The notes beneath the pieces were generated by a model. It did not search any database, was not told where the DNA came from, and saw only the letters and a list, made by a program, of their open reading frames with translations. The translations under genes and the position numbers were made by a program. A DNA stretch of 64,000 bases from Antedon mediterranea. Its lineage: Eukaryota > Animalia > Echinodermata. The stretch covers positions 25,612,437 to 25,676,436 of the forward strand of contig NC_092672.1 of assembly GCF_964355755.1 (NCBI RefSeq), written 5' to 3'. This document shows positions 12,313 to 25,500 of the stretch, in pieces (position 1 is the first letter of the stretch; each line of letters starts with the position of its first letter).

Positions 12313-13773
12313 GTTTTCAGACAACGGTAGTGATGATTATGAAAAACCAGTGACTCTGAAAACATAATGCAGAATACAAATGTGCCACAATCAAGACCAG
12401 ACTGAAAAAAGATTTTGAAAAGGATTCACCAGAACAAAGACCAGCATGTGCCATAGTGCATGATGCTATTAAAGATGAATTGGCAGAGTGAAGTGATGGA
12501 ATATATGTAAACCAGATAACAAAAGGAAATGTGCTACAAGACCAGCCTGAAGAATGAATGTGCCATTTAAGACTGTTGAAAATGTTGAAATACCAGATTA
12601 CATACCAGCTTGAAGAAAATATGTGCTATGGTGATGCTGTTAAAAATGTTATGTATTATCAGAGTAACCTGGTGATATGATGGAATATGAAAACCAGATA
12701 AAAAGTGCTTTGAAAACTAAAATGTGCCACAATAAAGAAAGAATGTGCCATTGAGATCATACCAGATTAAAGACCAGCTGGCTTGATAGCAAAGTGGTGA
12801 TATGGTGATGGATGAAAACCAGATAAAGAATGATCTATTGAAGAAAGAGTGTGCCATGTTGATACCAGTTGAAAGGAATCAAAGACCAGCTAGAAGAAAT
12901 TATAGGATGGAACTATAATTATGTGGCATGGAAGAGCAAGGTCACAAAATTCAGTTTTAAACTGTTGTACATAATTTTAAAGTTGCCAATTTTTTAATAT
13001 GCAAAATATTTAAACCAGCCATTCTTTTTTTATTCTTAAAAGCAGAAATAAATGGTAGCTAAATACTGCATGATCAAGTATATATATATAGTAGGTTTAT
13101 TTTACAATTTAATGATACAATATCTGATTACTAAGGAGAAATTAAATTCTCCATTAGTGGTACTAATTGACTGTTACGATTCTTCATTTCTGGGATTGAT
13201 GAAATCTTACACCTCACATTAAGTCCTTCCAAATAAGTCTTTGAAATAGAATGACGGTGTTCTATATATAAATATTACCATTTCAATATTTTACTTGTAA
13301 AGTCATTTCATGCCAGACTCTCATTTACTATACAACTGTATGAGATCCATGTTTTAAGAGCAATATATTATTTCAATTTTTATGTAATTTTTAAGCTAAA
13401 TTATGTAGCAATAAAATTTAAATAATGATTGTTACTATTTAAACTTCCGAATAAGATGCTTTTGAATGTATCCTGGACACATTAAAATATAATAAATATG
13501 TAATATTTTATGACTGGTACTGTATAAATAATATTTTTTTTGATATGCCTGCCTGCTAAAGATTCAGGCAAAACAACCCAATGTTTAAAAAGGTGAAAAG
13601 GGGGATTTTTTAGAAAATTTGTCTTGGGGAGGACACAGCCATTACCTTGCAAATATAATAGCAATTATAATGATGCCAAGTAATATACATACAAAACTCA
13701 TATGCAATAAACGTAAAAACAAAAAATTATAATTGTGCCTTTTACTGTTGTTCAGTTGTCAATATTTATAATC

Positions 13774-13850
13774 AAGCGAGTGTGAGTGGCCAAGAGGTTA
13801 AGGCATAACATCGGCAAGGGTTCGAGGCTCACTAGCTCCATTATTCTTCT
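13774..13850 (+). mobile_element. tRNA-derived SINE head
   Basis: AGCGAG..TGGCCAAGAGGTTAAGGCA...GGTTCGAGGCTC: A and B boxes shared with the SINE at 55275-55629. Confidence 0.65.
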
Positions 13851-14590
13851 GGTAGAATTTTTTTCCAAACCTTGTACCTATTATTCCATGTGGACTAAAG
13901 AAAACAGAATGATTTACATTAGAGAATTGATCAAACATTTCATGTCTCTTGTCATCATGTGCGTGGATAATATTGTTACAAAATAAAGCTCTTGAAATGA
14001 CTATTCAAAACAAGCGTGTGCTGGGACTAGTCGTGAATTAATCGAGATACCCAGTTAGTCTGAGATATGGACCATTGTTTGTATTTGATTAGACCCGGTG
14101 ATTTTCTGTGTCATAGATAACCGAACCACTAGCCAATCACTAGGAACTACAATATCAACAAAATCATAATGGGTATTTATATACAGGAAATAGACTGTGC
14201 ATTCCACTTTTTTAAGACTTGCTAACTTTCAAATGTAATGCGTCGGTGCCATTATAAATCTAAATCACTTTATAGCTTAAAAAAATAAAATAATTTGTAT
14301 ATATTTCTTTTATATACAGTATTAATGTATATGATTTTACAAAGAAACGGGTGTGTAGGAGAAAACATCAATAATTAAACGGCTGAACTAGACTGGAACA
14401 TTAATAATTTTGACAATTTCTTGAAAGAAAGCTAACAAAAATACAAAGAAACTGCTTTTCTTTTGTATTAACAAGTTTATTTAAATGTTGATCTACATTT
14501 TATGCACCAAAATAATAAAATATTGAAAACAGCAAAGTCTTGGAAAAAGAATAAATTTATTATTATAACTCGATCGATATTTCGAAAAAT

Positions 14591-14806
14591 CAAGGCAATC
14601 AGGATGCTTAGCTCTGTTAGGTCAAAGGTTTCATCGGTGGTTGTGACATGATCAGTTCCACGCCCCTAAACTGATATTTCCACAAATGTAACTGGTAACT
14701 GCAACTCATATCATGAATTTGTCGCAGCCAATCCTAAGATCAAAGGACTGTTACGAGTTCCTATCTTTGCAAGGCGAGCTTCAGCATCTTCTTGTTAGAT
14801 TGCCTT
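14591..14806. mobile_element. MITE family CAAGGCAATC...GATTGCCTTG (copy 1 of 3)
   Basis: Inverted termini; related copies at ~17311-17480 and 23880-24099 share GGGGCGTGGAAC and ATCAAAGGAC blocks. Confidence 0.7.
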
Positions 14807-16595
14807 GTTTGAATGGTGTTCTCAATGCTATCAAAAAATTGTGTAAACCTGTGATTACTAATACCAGGTGTAAACATTGTAATAGGCCTACAAGACACGT
14901 CTAGCTTGATATTGTTAAATGCCAATAACATACAAATTGTAAACCATCAAATTCTATGCCTGTCATATAATTACTACAGTAGAATCATTCCAATTTTAAG
15001 CACACACTGTTAGTAAAATAGTAATTTCTCAATAAAATACCATGGCCAAGTATACTGTAGTCCCTGGTTATGAAATTTAGAACAAAATTATACTGAATTG
15101 CAATAAAAATTAATCTTGTGTTGGAATTTATTATAAATTAAATTGGGGGTGGGATTATACTCGAGCATTTGATATATTTTTTCTTTCTTTGTTAAATGTA
15201 TATTTGTGAATAATTTGTTCTCAGAGAAACACAGATAATCTTAAATTTCATTTGAGTGAAGTTACTTAAATTACACAGCTAGTTTTACAAGTTAAATTAG
15301 CTCAGAAAGAATGATTTAGCTGGTTTAGTGTGGTTAAACCATGTATAAAAACATGGTTAAAAACAAAACTTTGGTCATGTAATACCCTTTTCACATCTTC
15401 ATAAATTGTTACAACTTGTAACCAGGTTTGGTTCTCCCAACTTATTACACGTTTTTATACACGCATACAGAAGGAAAGATTATTTGCGTTCTATTTGATT
15501 ACTATGATTGGTCAGTTAATACCAAGGCAATACATGCACGCGCAGTACGAACTTGGAACATCTCGGAATACAGGCCTCTTGTTGGTGTGTCTTTCCCCGT
15601 GAAATCTCTGAAGATTTTCCAGAAAATTATTTTTACATGCATATTACAATTTGTTATATCATGATTACAAGTTGTTACATTTTTGCAGATGTGAAAAGAA
15701 AATAAGTGAGGTGACCATCAATTAGTGAAAGTATTTTACCAGGATTGTTTTTAAAAGCTGAATAACTCATATAGCTAGCTTTACCACATAAAATCCAGTG
15801 TGGACAAAGCTTAAATTTAGGAATTATAAAGTTCCCCACAGCTACTGTGCGAAATGGGTTTAGAACAAGACATAAACAGATACTATAACTTATTTTAATT
15901 TAATCTTAAATTTTACATTCTATATAAATGGGCTATATGTAGAAGGCACTACAGGATAAATTTTTATACAGTATATAATAGTCAAATTTTTTATTTCGCG
16001 GCCTAAAATCCGGTTCCCTGGACCAAACACTAGAATAAATCACATCGCAATTACTTCTGATTGCTATGCTTACGAAACATTTTCAGCAAGGTCAAACAAC
16101 ATAACTCACAACCACCTAACATTAAATGCCATTCATTTGTGGTAAGCTTACGATGCTAAATCAATATTTGTTATCATTTTCTCAAACCACTCAGCGCTTC
16201 AAAAATGTTTTGCTGCCCAAATTTGGGCCGCGCTGGCCATATTTTGTGGAATGTCGGAATAGTCGGTGGGGCATAGAAGAAATTCGGAAAAAGAAAAATA
16301 AACAAAACAATACATAACGAGGAACTTTAACATACCTACAAAACAACTTCCAGCTAGCAAATGGCTAATAACAAATTGTTCAAGCACAAGTTAGAATATT
16401 CAGTATGCATATATGCATCACAGATTAAAATATCTATATCATGATAAACTATTTCTGAAAAACTAGACTGGTTTCACTGTGTACCATGTTGAGGGTGACA
16501 AAAAGTTGTAAAATTTAGGACTCTTGAAAAAGTTTGCCAACGTTGAAATAGCTATCACCAAACACATGATGTTGGGTCAATATGGTGCTGTTCGT

Positions 16596-19500
16596 TTACT
16601 GAAGCGGAGAACACGGAATTGGTATCATGATTTTGGAATCCATTTTTCTGATTAGTGGAACTGAAAAAAAAACCACAATCCATTTTTTTTATTATTTCAT
16701 GAATTCATACATGCATTTTACGTTATTTCTTTCATATAGTTGCCGTTTCTTTCTTATTGAATTATTGTTGATAGATGAAAATGTATGCATTTTGACTAAT
16801 TTATTTTTTGTGACAGGAGTCAAACCTTGATTAGCGAAAGCTACTTTTTGGCTCCTTTTCACACACACATACATATTGTATTGTATTGTACTATTTATGT
16901 ATGAATAAAGTTGGTATATATTTTACATATTTTCACTACATTATACCCGATTTACACATACAATACAAATATATGGATAGTACTTGTGAATTGAAGAGTT
17001 TCAGTTGCATTTCAACAATTTGTTTCTTATTTTAAAACTGTTTTTATCCGTTTATGCTTTTTGTTTTCTCACACTGTAGTATTCTAATTCCGACTGCTAA
17101 TAAAATAAAACCTCAATTACCTGTGTAAGCCACTAAGTCATCCCATCCTGGTTTTTGCCAAGCTGATTCACGAATTTGTCGTCTACTTTCAAGATCCTTG
17201 TAAGCTAAAACAACAATCGCACTACAATTTTAATACAAATTGATTTAAATAAAATTTTCTATTTCAAAGCGATTGTATTTATGTTTGGTAGTCAGAAAAC
17301 TGTGTAAACCCAATCTAACAACAGGATGCTGAGTGATCGCCTTGATCTTATGTTGGCTGTGACAAATTCATACCAGTTACTGTTACAGTACCAAGTACAT
17401 TATTCTCCAGTTTCTGTTTGTAGGGGCGTGGAACCGATCATCTCACAACCACAGATAAAACCTGTTGTTAGATTGCCTTGTAGCTGAGAAGTTTATGACT
17501 GGGTCTTGAACGGGTAATTACATAATTAAGACTTTCAATACAGTGCTATAATATAGTAACATCAGAACAGACACAAACAGAAATTCACACTATCTCCTGT
17601 CTACAAATTTCTTGGAGTGACAATGTGACGATAACACTAAACATCAAGATTACTCCTTTAAAAAATTAAAATATACCTTTTCTAATGTGAATTGAAATTG
17701 TGTAGTAATTTCAATGTTGGGTTTGCAAAAAGGAACATTCCACTGTGATTTGTGAAGGGTAAACATAGTGGTCGGAGATGGTTATACTGTATATATTATG
17801 GAATAAAATGTCACACTCCTATGAACACACTGTTCATCCTGCTTCTTGTGTAAATCCCTATTGCTTCAACCTAAGAACTTTCATTGAACTGATATTGCAG
17901 AGCCTCACTTCTGTATAAGATGTCAAGGCTCTCGACAAAATATCATTGAACATTGAGTGAATTATTATATTCGTAGGCAACGCCAAAAGAGATCAGGGAA
18001 GTAAGTGGGCCACTTTTTGTTCGGCACAATCGCCTGTATTCTTAAAATGGATTTTAGTCGTAGTTAAAGCTAAAACTTGAAATTATTTTAATTCATAAAC
18101 CAAACTTCAACCATTATACGCAAACTGTAACTAAATCAAGCCAACCTTGACTATATTGAGGCGGATTTTGATTTGAAGTATTTTTAGTCAACAAGGAGGC
18201 AGCCTAAATCGCACACTAAAAATGTTTTTTGAACAAGATTTTTAAAAATGTAACAGTTATTGAGTTATCATATTGGCCAGATATTTACGAACGAAATATC
18301 TATTTTTACATTTAGCTATACATTGCCATTTGCATAATAATGCAAATCATGTTCATTTACAACAATATCTTTGCGGCAAGTCAAACTGCAAACTTTGACT
18401 TTTATGAATCGAATTAGAACTATTAGCTATTAAAAACTAGCATTTTTAAAGTCATTGAACTACGACTAAAGTCCGGTTTAATCTTTATTATTATTGCTGT
18501 ACTCAAAAGACATTTTAAAGAAAGGTGGAGGGGGGAGTGGATACTAATCCGGTACCATATTTTGATAATATTTTGGCATGCCCATGATATTAATAACTAT
18601 TGTGAATAAAAACATATTTACCCCATAAATGGTGTACAACATATAATTCTCCTATTTGAGCAAACAGACCAGCAATGGCCTCATTTTGTGATTGCCTATA
18701 TTTAATGCCTCGTGCCCTTCAAAGCGGTAAAAAAATTCAAAGAAGGGATGAAACATTAAAAACCTTACAAACAACAGTATGGTTACTCTGAATCTCTGCT
18801 TGCTCTTATTTTATCATGTCATAATTGAAATCATGACAAATGTGTGTGTATATACAGATTTGTCTCATTTGAAGGAGCATATGTAATATAAAAAATAATT
18901 TTGTATCCAATTTTGTATAAAATAGATATAAAAACATGAATGAACGATATAATTTGCATGCAGCATAATAAGCATTACAAAAAGCATGAGTGATGCATGA
19001 TGGGATGGAATTAGGAAAAATAGCGCCACCACTAGTATATAAAGTTTTTATTATACTGGTGGCGCTATTGCTCCCAATTCCTTCCCATCATGCATCGCTC
19101 ATGCTATTTGCGATAATCCCTATAGAGTTCAGCCTAAACTCTCAGCAATAGTGTTCATATAGACGCGAAAACAATTTGTAATGTAAATTACAAAAATAAA
19201 TGATGAAGAGTAAAATAATTAGTGGTTTTCAAGAATAATGAGTATAATTTGATATTAGTTTATCTATGGAACAAGTAGAGCATTCAGAGCATCCGTAGTC
19301 AATGATCAGATGACAGTATCTAACAACAATCATCTGTTAGTGTTAGATAGATATGTCATGTGATAGCCCAATACTATCCTGCATTTGGTCTGTGAATCTG
19401 AGATTCCAAGAGTTTATAGTTTAGTAAAATTTTTTTTCTCTTTTTGTTGAAAGGTTAGTGATGAAAAAAAAAACAGCTAATATAGCTGCCGGTAATACTA

Positions 19501-22500
19501 TAACAGATTTTGCAACTGTCATATATTTGCTACACCTCTACCTGGTACTTTTCATTCTGATGACGCGGCCAGTCTACTACAAACTTAAAATAACAGTTTT
19601 ATTGCTTTCAGATGTGAACAACAACAATGCAGGTATCTTTGCAAAGGTTTAATAGGCCAGCGGTATTACTGCATATTCTTAATTAGGTTTACGGTGGACA
19701 CACATTTCTTTTTTTTTTTTCTTTTGTGAGATTTACTCACTTTTATTTCATTCTTTACAATTGTTAAAATAATCTATATCAATTTTGTTTCAGTAGAAAA
19801 CTATCTCTGCAGCTTAACGTTTTTTGTTTGTTTTTCTTATTTTGAGTATTTTACATATATAAGAAGTTATATAAAAATATACATCACATAATATAGGTTC
19901 ACAATTGACGCACATTTCTTCTTGTTGCAACAAACTCCCACCTGTCAAACATTTACCCACATTTGATTAATTTAAAATTACTTTAAAAACTCACTCATTT
20001 AATCTTTTTTTTCTTGTAATTGCCGCAATATAAATGTTTCATAATTACTTTATTAACTATTATAAATATTATTTATTTAATTGGTTATTCGTTAAGTATA
20101 GCTATAAATAGTTTCATTTTTTGTTAACATTTGCTTTTTGTGTGAAGATTTCATCGTAGTCGAGTTAAATTCTGAAATTATGCCCAATTCAAACTATTGT
20201 CATTGACTATGCAGTGATTTCTACCAGGCTTATTGTTTTGTAGCAGCTGGCCGTATCATCAGAACTAAAGATACCTATTAAACAGTCCTGAAGAAAGGCA
20301 AAATATAAAGCTATACAAAAATTATTTATTCTGGAAAAAATAGCTTTCTTTCGTTAAAGTTAATCACTAATCCATAGAATTGGTCCCAGAATTCACAGCC
20401 AAAAGACAGGCGCTTAACTTCACAAACATGTTTCCTACCCCAAATATGGTGGACATGATAGAGGTCACCAACTTGTGTAAAAAGGCCAGTAACAGTCGTA
20501 CCTTCTCCAATACGCATACGAATTCCACGTGCCCTTATAATGTAAACAGTCATACATGTTATATTGCTGTTTATGTGCTGGCTGAAACTTTCAAGTTGTT
20601 ATAATTACGAAGGTAATTAAATGCCTTTTTAAATCTATGAAGTATAAACCAGTTTTCATTTGGTTTGGGCCTTCAATGAAACAGTACCATAATTGTATTT
20701 TTTGTCTTTTATTAAACATTTTTGCAATAATAGTTTTTGTTCACCTACAGTATTTGGAAGTGGGTGTATTGCATTGAGTTAAAGTTATTGAGTTATTTAA
20801 TATCAATTTCAAAATTAATTCTGCCAAATTAATTTAACCATTTTTTTAATATGATTTTCTTCCCCATTCCATAGGTATATTAATTTTATCCATGTTTTAT
20901 TAACAATTATTATTAAATTTGAACAATTTTGTCACTTAAAAAAAAATTTTTTTAATTGAAATTTAAAAAAAACAATACAGTAACAACATTCTGGATTTGG
21001 GATTTGTATGTACATTTAGTTAATAATAAAATGTCTTTTTGTTTAATATTTCAATTTAATCAAAATAAAATCTAAAAAATACTGTACTATCATAATTATA
21101 ATTGAGTTATATTCGCTATAAAGTTGTTAATGTTGTAAAACAAGTTAAGTTTCTAAAACTTCAAATCATCAATAAACGTGTCATTTGAATGAATTATTTC
21201 ACCACAACAAAATGTCAATAAAAAATGTTTGCTTGTAAAAAACTGAATCCTGAATCTACAAAGAAATAGAGGGCGACAAATGTCTCCACAAAGCAGTAGT
21301 AGTACAGTATATCGAAATTGTTTATTGTGACTAGCTCAATTTTTGTAATTGGCATATCAATGGACCAACAGTCATTTAGCAAGTTTGTGAGCCCTTTATA
21401 ACTTTGTAGTCTAGGTAAAGTTTTAATGTATTAAAAAATAAACTAAATTGATAAACACTGCAAATAAGAAAAATAGAACAAAAATGTGAATTGCTATCGT
21501 ATCACAAAGTACAACACTAAATGTATTCCCATTGTAATTCAATAAATTATTGAATATGCAGAGGAAGATGTGAGGGAGCATTTAACCTGTTTTTTGTTCT
21601 AAGAATAATAAATAGGCCTAGAGCCTAACTGATGATTGAAAAGTGATTGTATGACCTTCATGGAATGTACACATGAAATGTTGAAGTGATTGTATGACCT
21701 TCATGGAATGTACACATGAAATGTTGAAGTGATTGTATGACCTTCATGGAATGTACACATGAAATGTTGAAGTGATTGTATGACCTTCATGGAATGTACA
21801 CATGAAATGTTGAAGTGATTGTATGACCTTCATGGAATGTACACATGAAATGTTGAAGTGATTGTATGACCTTCATGGAATGTACACATGAAATGTTGAA
21901 GTGATTGTATGACCTTCATGGAATGTACACATGAAATGTTGAAGTGATTGTATGACCTTCATGGAATGTACACATGAAATGTTGAAGTGATTGTATGACC
22001 TTCATGGAATGTACACATGAAATGTTGAAGTGATTGTATGACCTTCATGGAATGTACACATGAAATGTTGAAGTGATTGTATGACCTTCATGGAATGTAC
22101 ACATGAAATGTTGAAGTGATTGTATGACCTTCATGGAATGTACACATGAAATGTTGAAGTGATTGTATGACCTTCATGGAATGTACACATGAAATGTTGA
22201 AGTGATTGTATGACCTTCATGGAATGTACACATGAAATGTTGAAGTGATTGTATGACCTTCATGGAATGTACACATGAAATGTTGAAGTGATTGTATGAC
22301 CTTCATGGAATGTACACATGAAATGTTGAAGTGATTGTATGACCTTCATGGAATGTACACATGAAATGTTGAAGTGATTGTATGACCTTCATGGAATGTA
22401 CACATGAAATGTTGAAGTGATTGTATGACCTTCATGGAATGTACACATGAAATGTTGAAGTGATTGTATGACCTTCATGGAATGTACACATGAAATGTTG

Positions 22501-25500
22501 AAGTGATTGTATGACCTTCATGGAATGAAATGTTGAAGTGATTGTATGACCTTCATGGAATGTACACATGAAATGTTGAAGTGATTGTATGACCTTCATG
22601 GAATGTACACATGAAATGTTGAAGTGATTGTATGACCTTCATGGAATGAAATGTTGAAGTGATTGTATGACCTTCATGGAATGAAATGTTGAAGTGATTG
22701 TATGACCTTCATGGAATGAAATGTTGAAGTGATTGTATGACCTTCATGGAATGAAATGTTGAAGTGATTGTATGACCTTCATGGAATGAAATGTTGAAGT
22801 GATTGTATGACCTTCATAAAATGTTGAAAGTATAAATAAATATTTAATTTGAGTCAGTTAGTTGTTTACATTTGATCTGCTTTTGCAGAAAAATAAAGTA
22901 AATTTCTTCCCAAATAAGGTAAAATGAATGACAAATTTTAGAAATGGGTGATAGATTATAGCAAGTAAAAAAGGACTCTGTTTCGGCACGCATTTTAAAT
23001 GAGATTTTCAAATGAATGATGCCTCACAAGAACTGTCGTCAATCTTTTTCATACAAAATTAATTTAAAATTTTAATATTTTTTATATCTCATAGTAAATT
23101 AATTGTAATATCAATTTAATAGTTATATTCAATTTGAAAATGTGTTTATGGACATTATGTGACAAGAATATTTTTTATCTTCTAGTTTGACCTTTCACTT
23201 TTGACCTTTCTTTAATCTCCTTACTTTATAATATTTATATATATATATATAGTCTGGATGCACAAAAAAACCCATCCAAATTTAAATCATAACGATGAGA
23301 TAACATGCATGTGGGCATACAGTAAATGTGGTGACAGTGTAAGACCCAGGGCACACAAGTTGTTAGTAATAGCAAACACAGTCTTTGCTAGTGGTAATAG
23401 GAAACATGTTTGTGAAGTTAAATGAAAAACTAAATCACATTCAACAAAAACACAAATAAATATTATATATTCAACATAAACACCAAAAACAAAATAGATT
23501 CTATGTTATATAACATTTCAAAATTAACATACACAAAAAAAAAATCATTGTAGTGTATTTAATGAACAAACTTTAAAACTTTTTAAAACTAAAATTTTTA
23601 TTCTAAATCATTATAAAAACTGACATTAGCAACAAAAACAAATTTAATTTATAACTTACCAGTTATTTCCCCATTCAATCAGTGTGCCAGGCTACAAACA
23701 AAAATAGTAGTATTTAAAGCCTGGATACATTTAGGTTTATAATAACAATCAACAGTTGAAGTCTTTGGTAGTGCCTATGTTACACCTGTTAAGTATACAT
23801 GATATATCTATGTACTTCACAGACTGTGAACAACTCAATTTAATAACATACAGTATGTAGGCAATATAATCTGTTACATCAAGGCAATCTAACGACAGGA
23901 CACTGAGATCGTCTTGCCAAGATAGGAACTCGTAAGTCCTTTGATCTTATGTCTGGCTGCGACAAATACCAACAGTACTGTAAAATGTACATATTCTCTG
24001 CAGTGAGTAGTGTCTGTTAAGGGGCGTGGAACTGATTGTGTCGTAACCACAGATTAACCCTTTGATCTCCAGAGCTCAGCATCCTGTTAGATTGGCTTGG
24101 TTACATCATGCTGTCATGTGGTGAAAGGGAAAAGCAAGAACTGACTATATTGCCAATATTCAAGTCGAAGTTTACAGTAATGTACTGTATACAGTATTAT
24201 CTGTGTATTTTAGTATAGTTGCAGGGGCTTGGTTACTTACAGTAGGATTGCATTAACACTCTTAAGTCTAAATTAGGGGATGGGATTATAACTGAGCATA
24301 AAGTCTAAATTAGGGGATGGGATTATAACCGAGCATAAGTCTAAATTAGGGGATGGGATTATAACCGAGCATGGGATAACAGTAGAACCCCTAAGTTGCT
24401 ATTAATTGTGTTTCTATTGAATGGTCAGTTCTTACCCTTAGATAGTAACTACGTAGTTCATACAGGTTTCCAGGTGAATGTATTTCAGGCTCTGGCCAGA
24501 AGTTAAATGGTAATAACAGTTGATTACTTCTATTAATTAACATTGATCCTCTTTGCTTTTTGTAATCTAAATATTCCTATAAAAACAAAATTGATTAATT
24601 CAACATTATGTATATTATTTCCAAAAAAAACTTACTAAGATCCATGGAGTTATACTTTTGTATCGTATGCAAGGCAATGTATTATAACTACTGTAGCGTC
24701 TTAACAGCAAAGTGTTCAGACTCGCTCTTAATAACAAACAGAAGTATCCGGTATGCAGGAGTAAATTTGATTAGTTGGACGTCTTGACGTGTTGATGCTT
24801 GACTTTCATAACATGTTGTATACTAATCTTGTACCTAGAGCTTTCGTAACAAATGAAAGGTTAACAGGTGACTTCCTTCCAGATAGGTAGGTTTCCCCTA
24901 AATTTAACTTGCTTGCCATGTTTTTTTTTTAATTCATCTTCTGATTTTCTGTCCAATTGGTCATAAATAAGTTTAACATATTAATGACCTTTTGCAAAAA
25001 GATGCAAAAAATACAGCAATCCGCGTCTTGCAAAACGATAGTCGGATGAAGCTTAAAATTTGAATTACTGTATATTTTAGCTTAGGATTTTTGAGTACAC
25101 AATTTAAGCACACACAATTTGTTTTTTGTTGTATTGTGATGGAATGACCCACTAGACTACAGCCTGGAAAAAAATGGCTTTATTTTTGTAAATGACAATT
25201 TTTACCTCATCTTTCCATAAAAGTTCTGACATTTCTTTCACTGATTTATAACCATCATAGGCCCAAATGTGAACTGAAAAAAAAACAACAATTTTATTTG
25301 TGTGAAATAAATTAAATTTATACATAGTTGTTTTAAAATTAATTTGTAGTGTTGTTATATTCATAAAGATTGGCATAATATGTTTCCCCTGAAAATAATT
25401 TGACATGCATCCCTTAATGTTTCTGTTCATAGCATACCTATATGTATTCTTGCCATTTGATTGGCTAATTATGCATTACATGCCGTTGATGATTTTGCAC

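Noticed and set aside
21640-22828. CRISPR-like regular array
   Set aside because: Units are contiguous with no unique spacers, there are no cas genes, and it lies in a eukaryotic intron; it is a minisatellite
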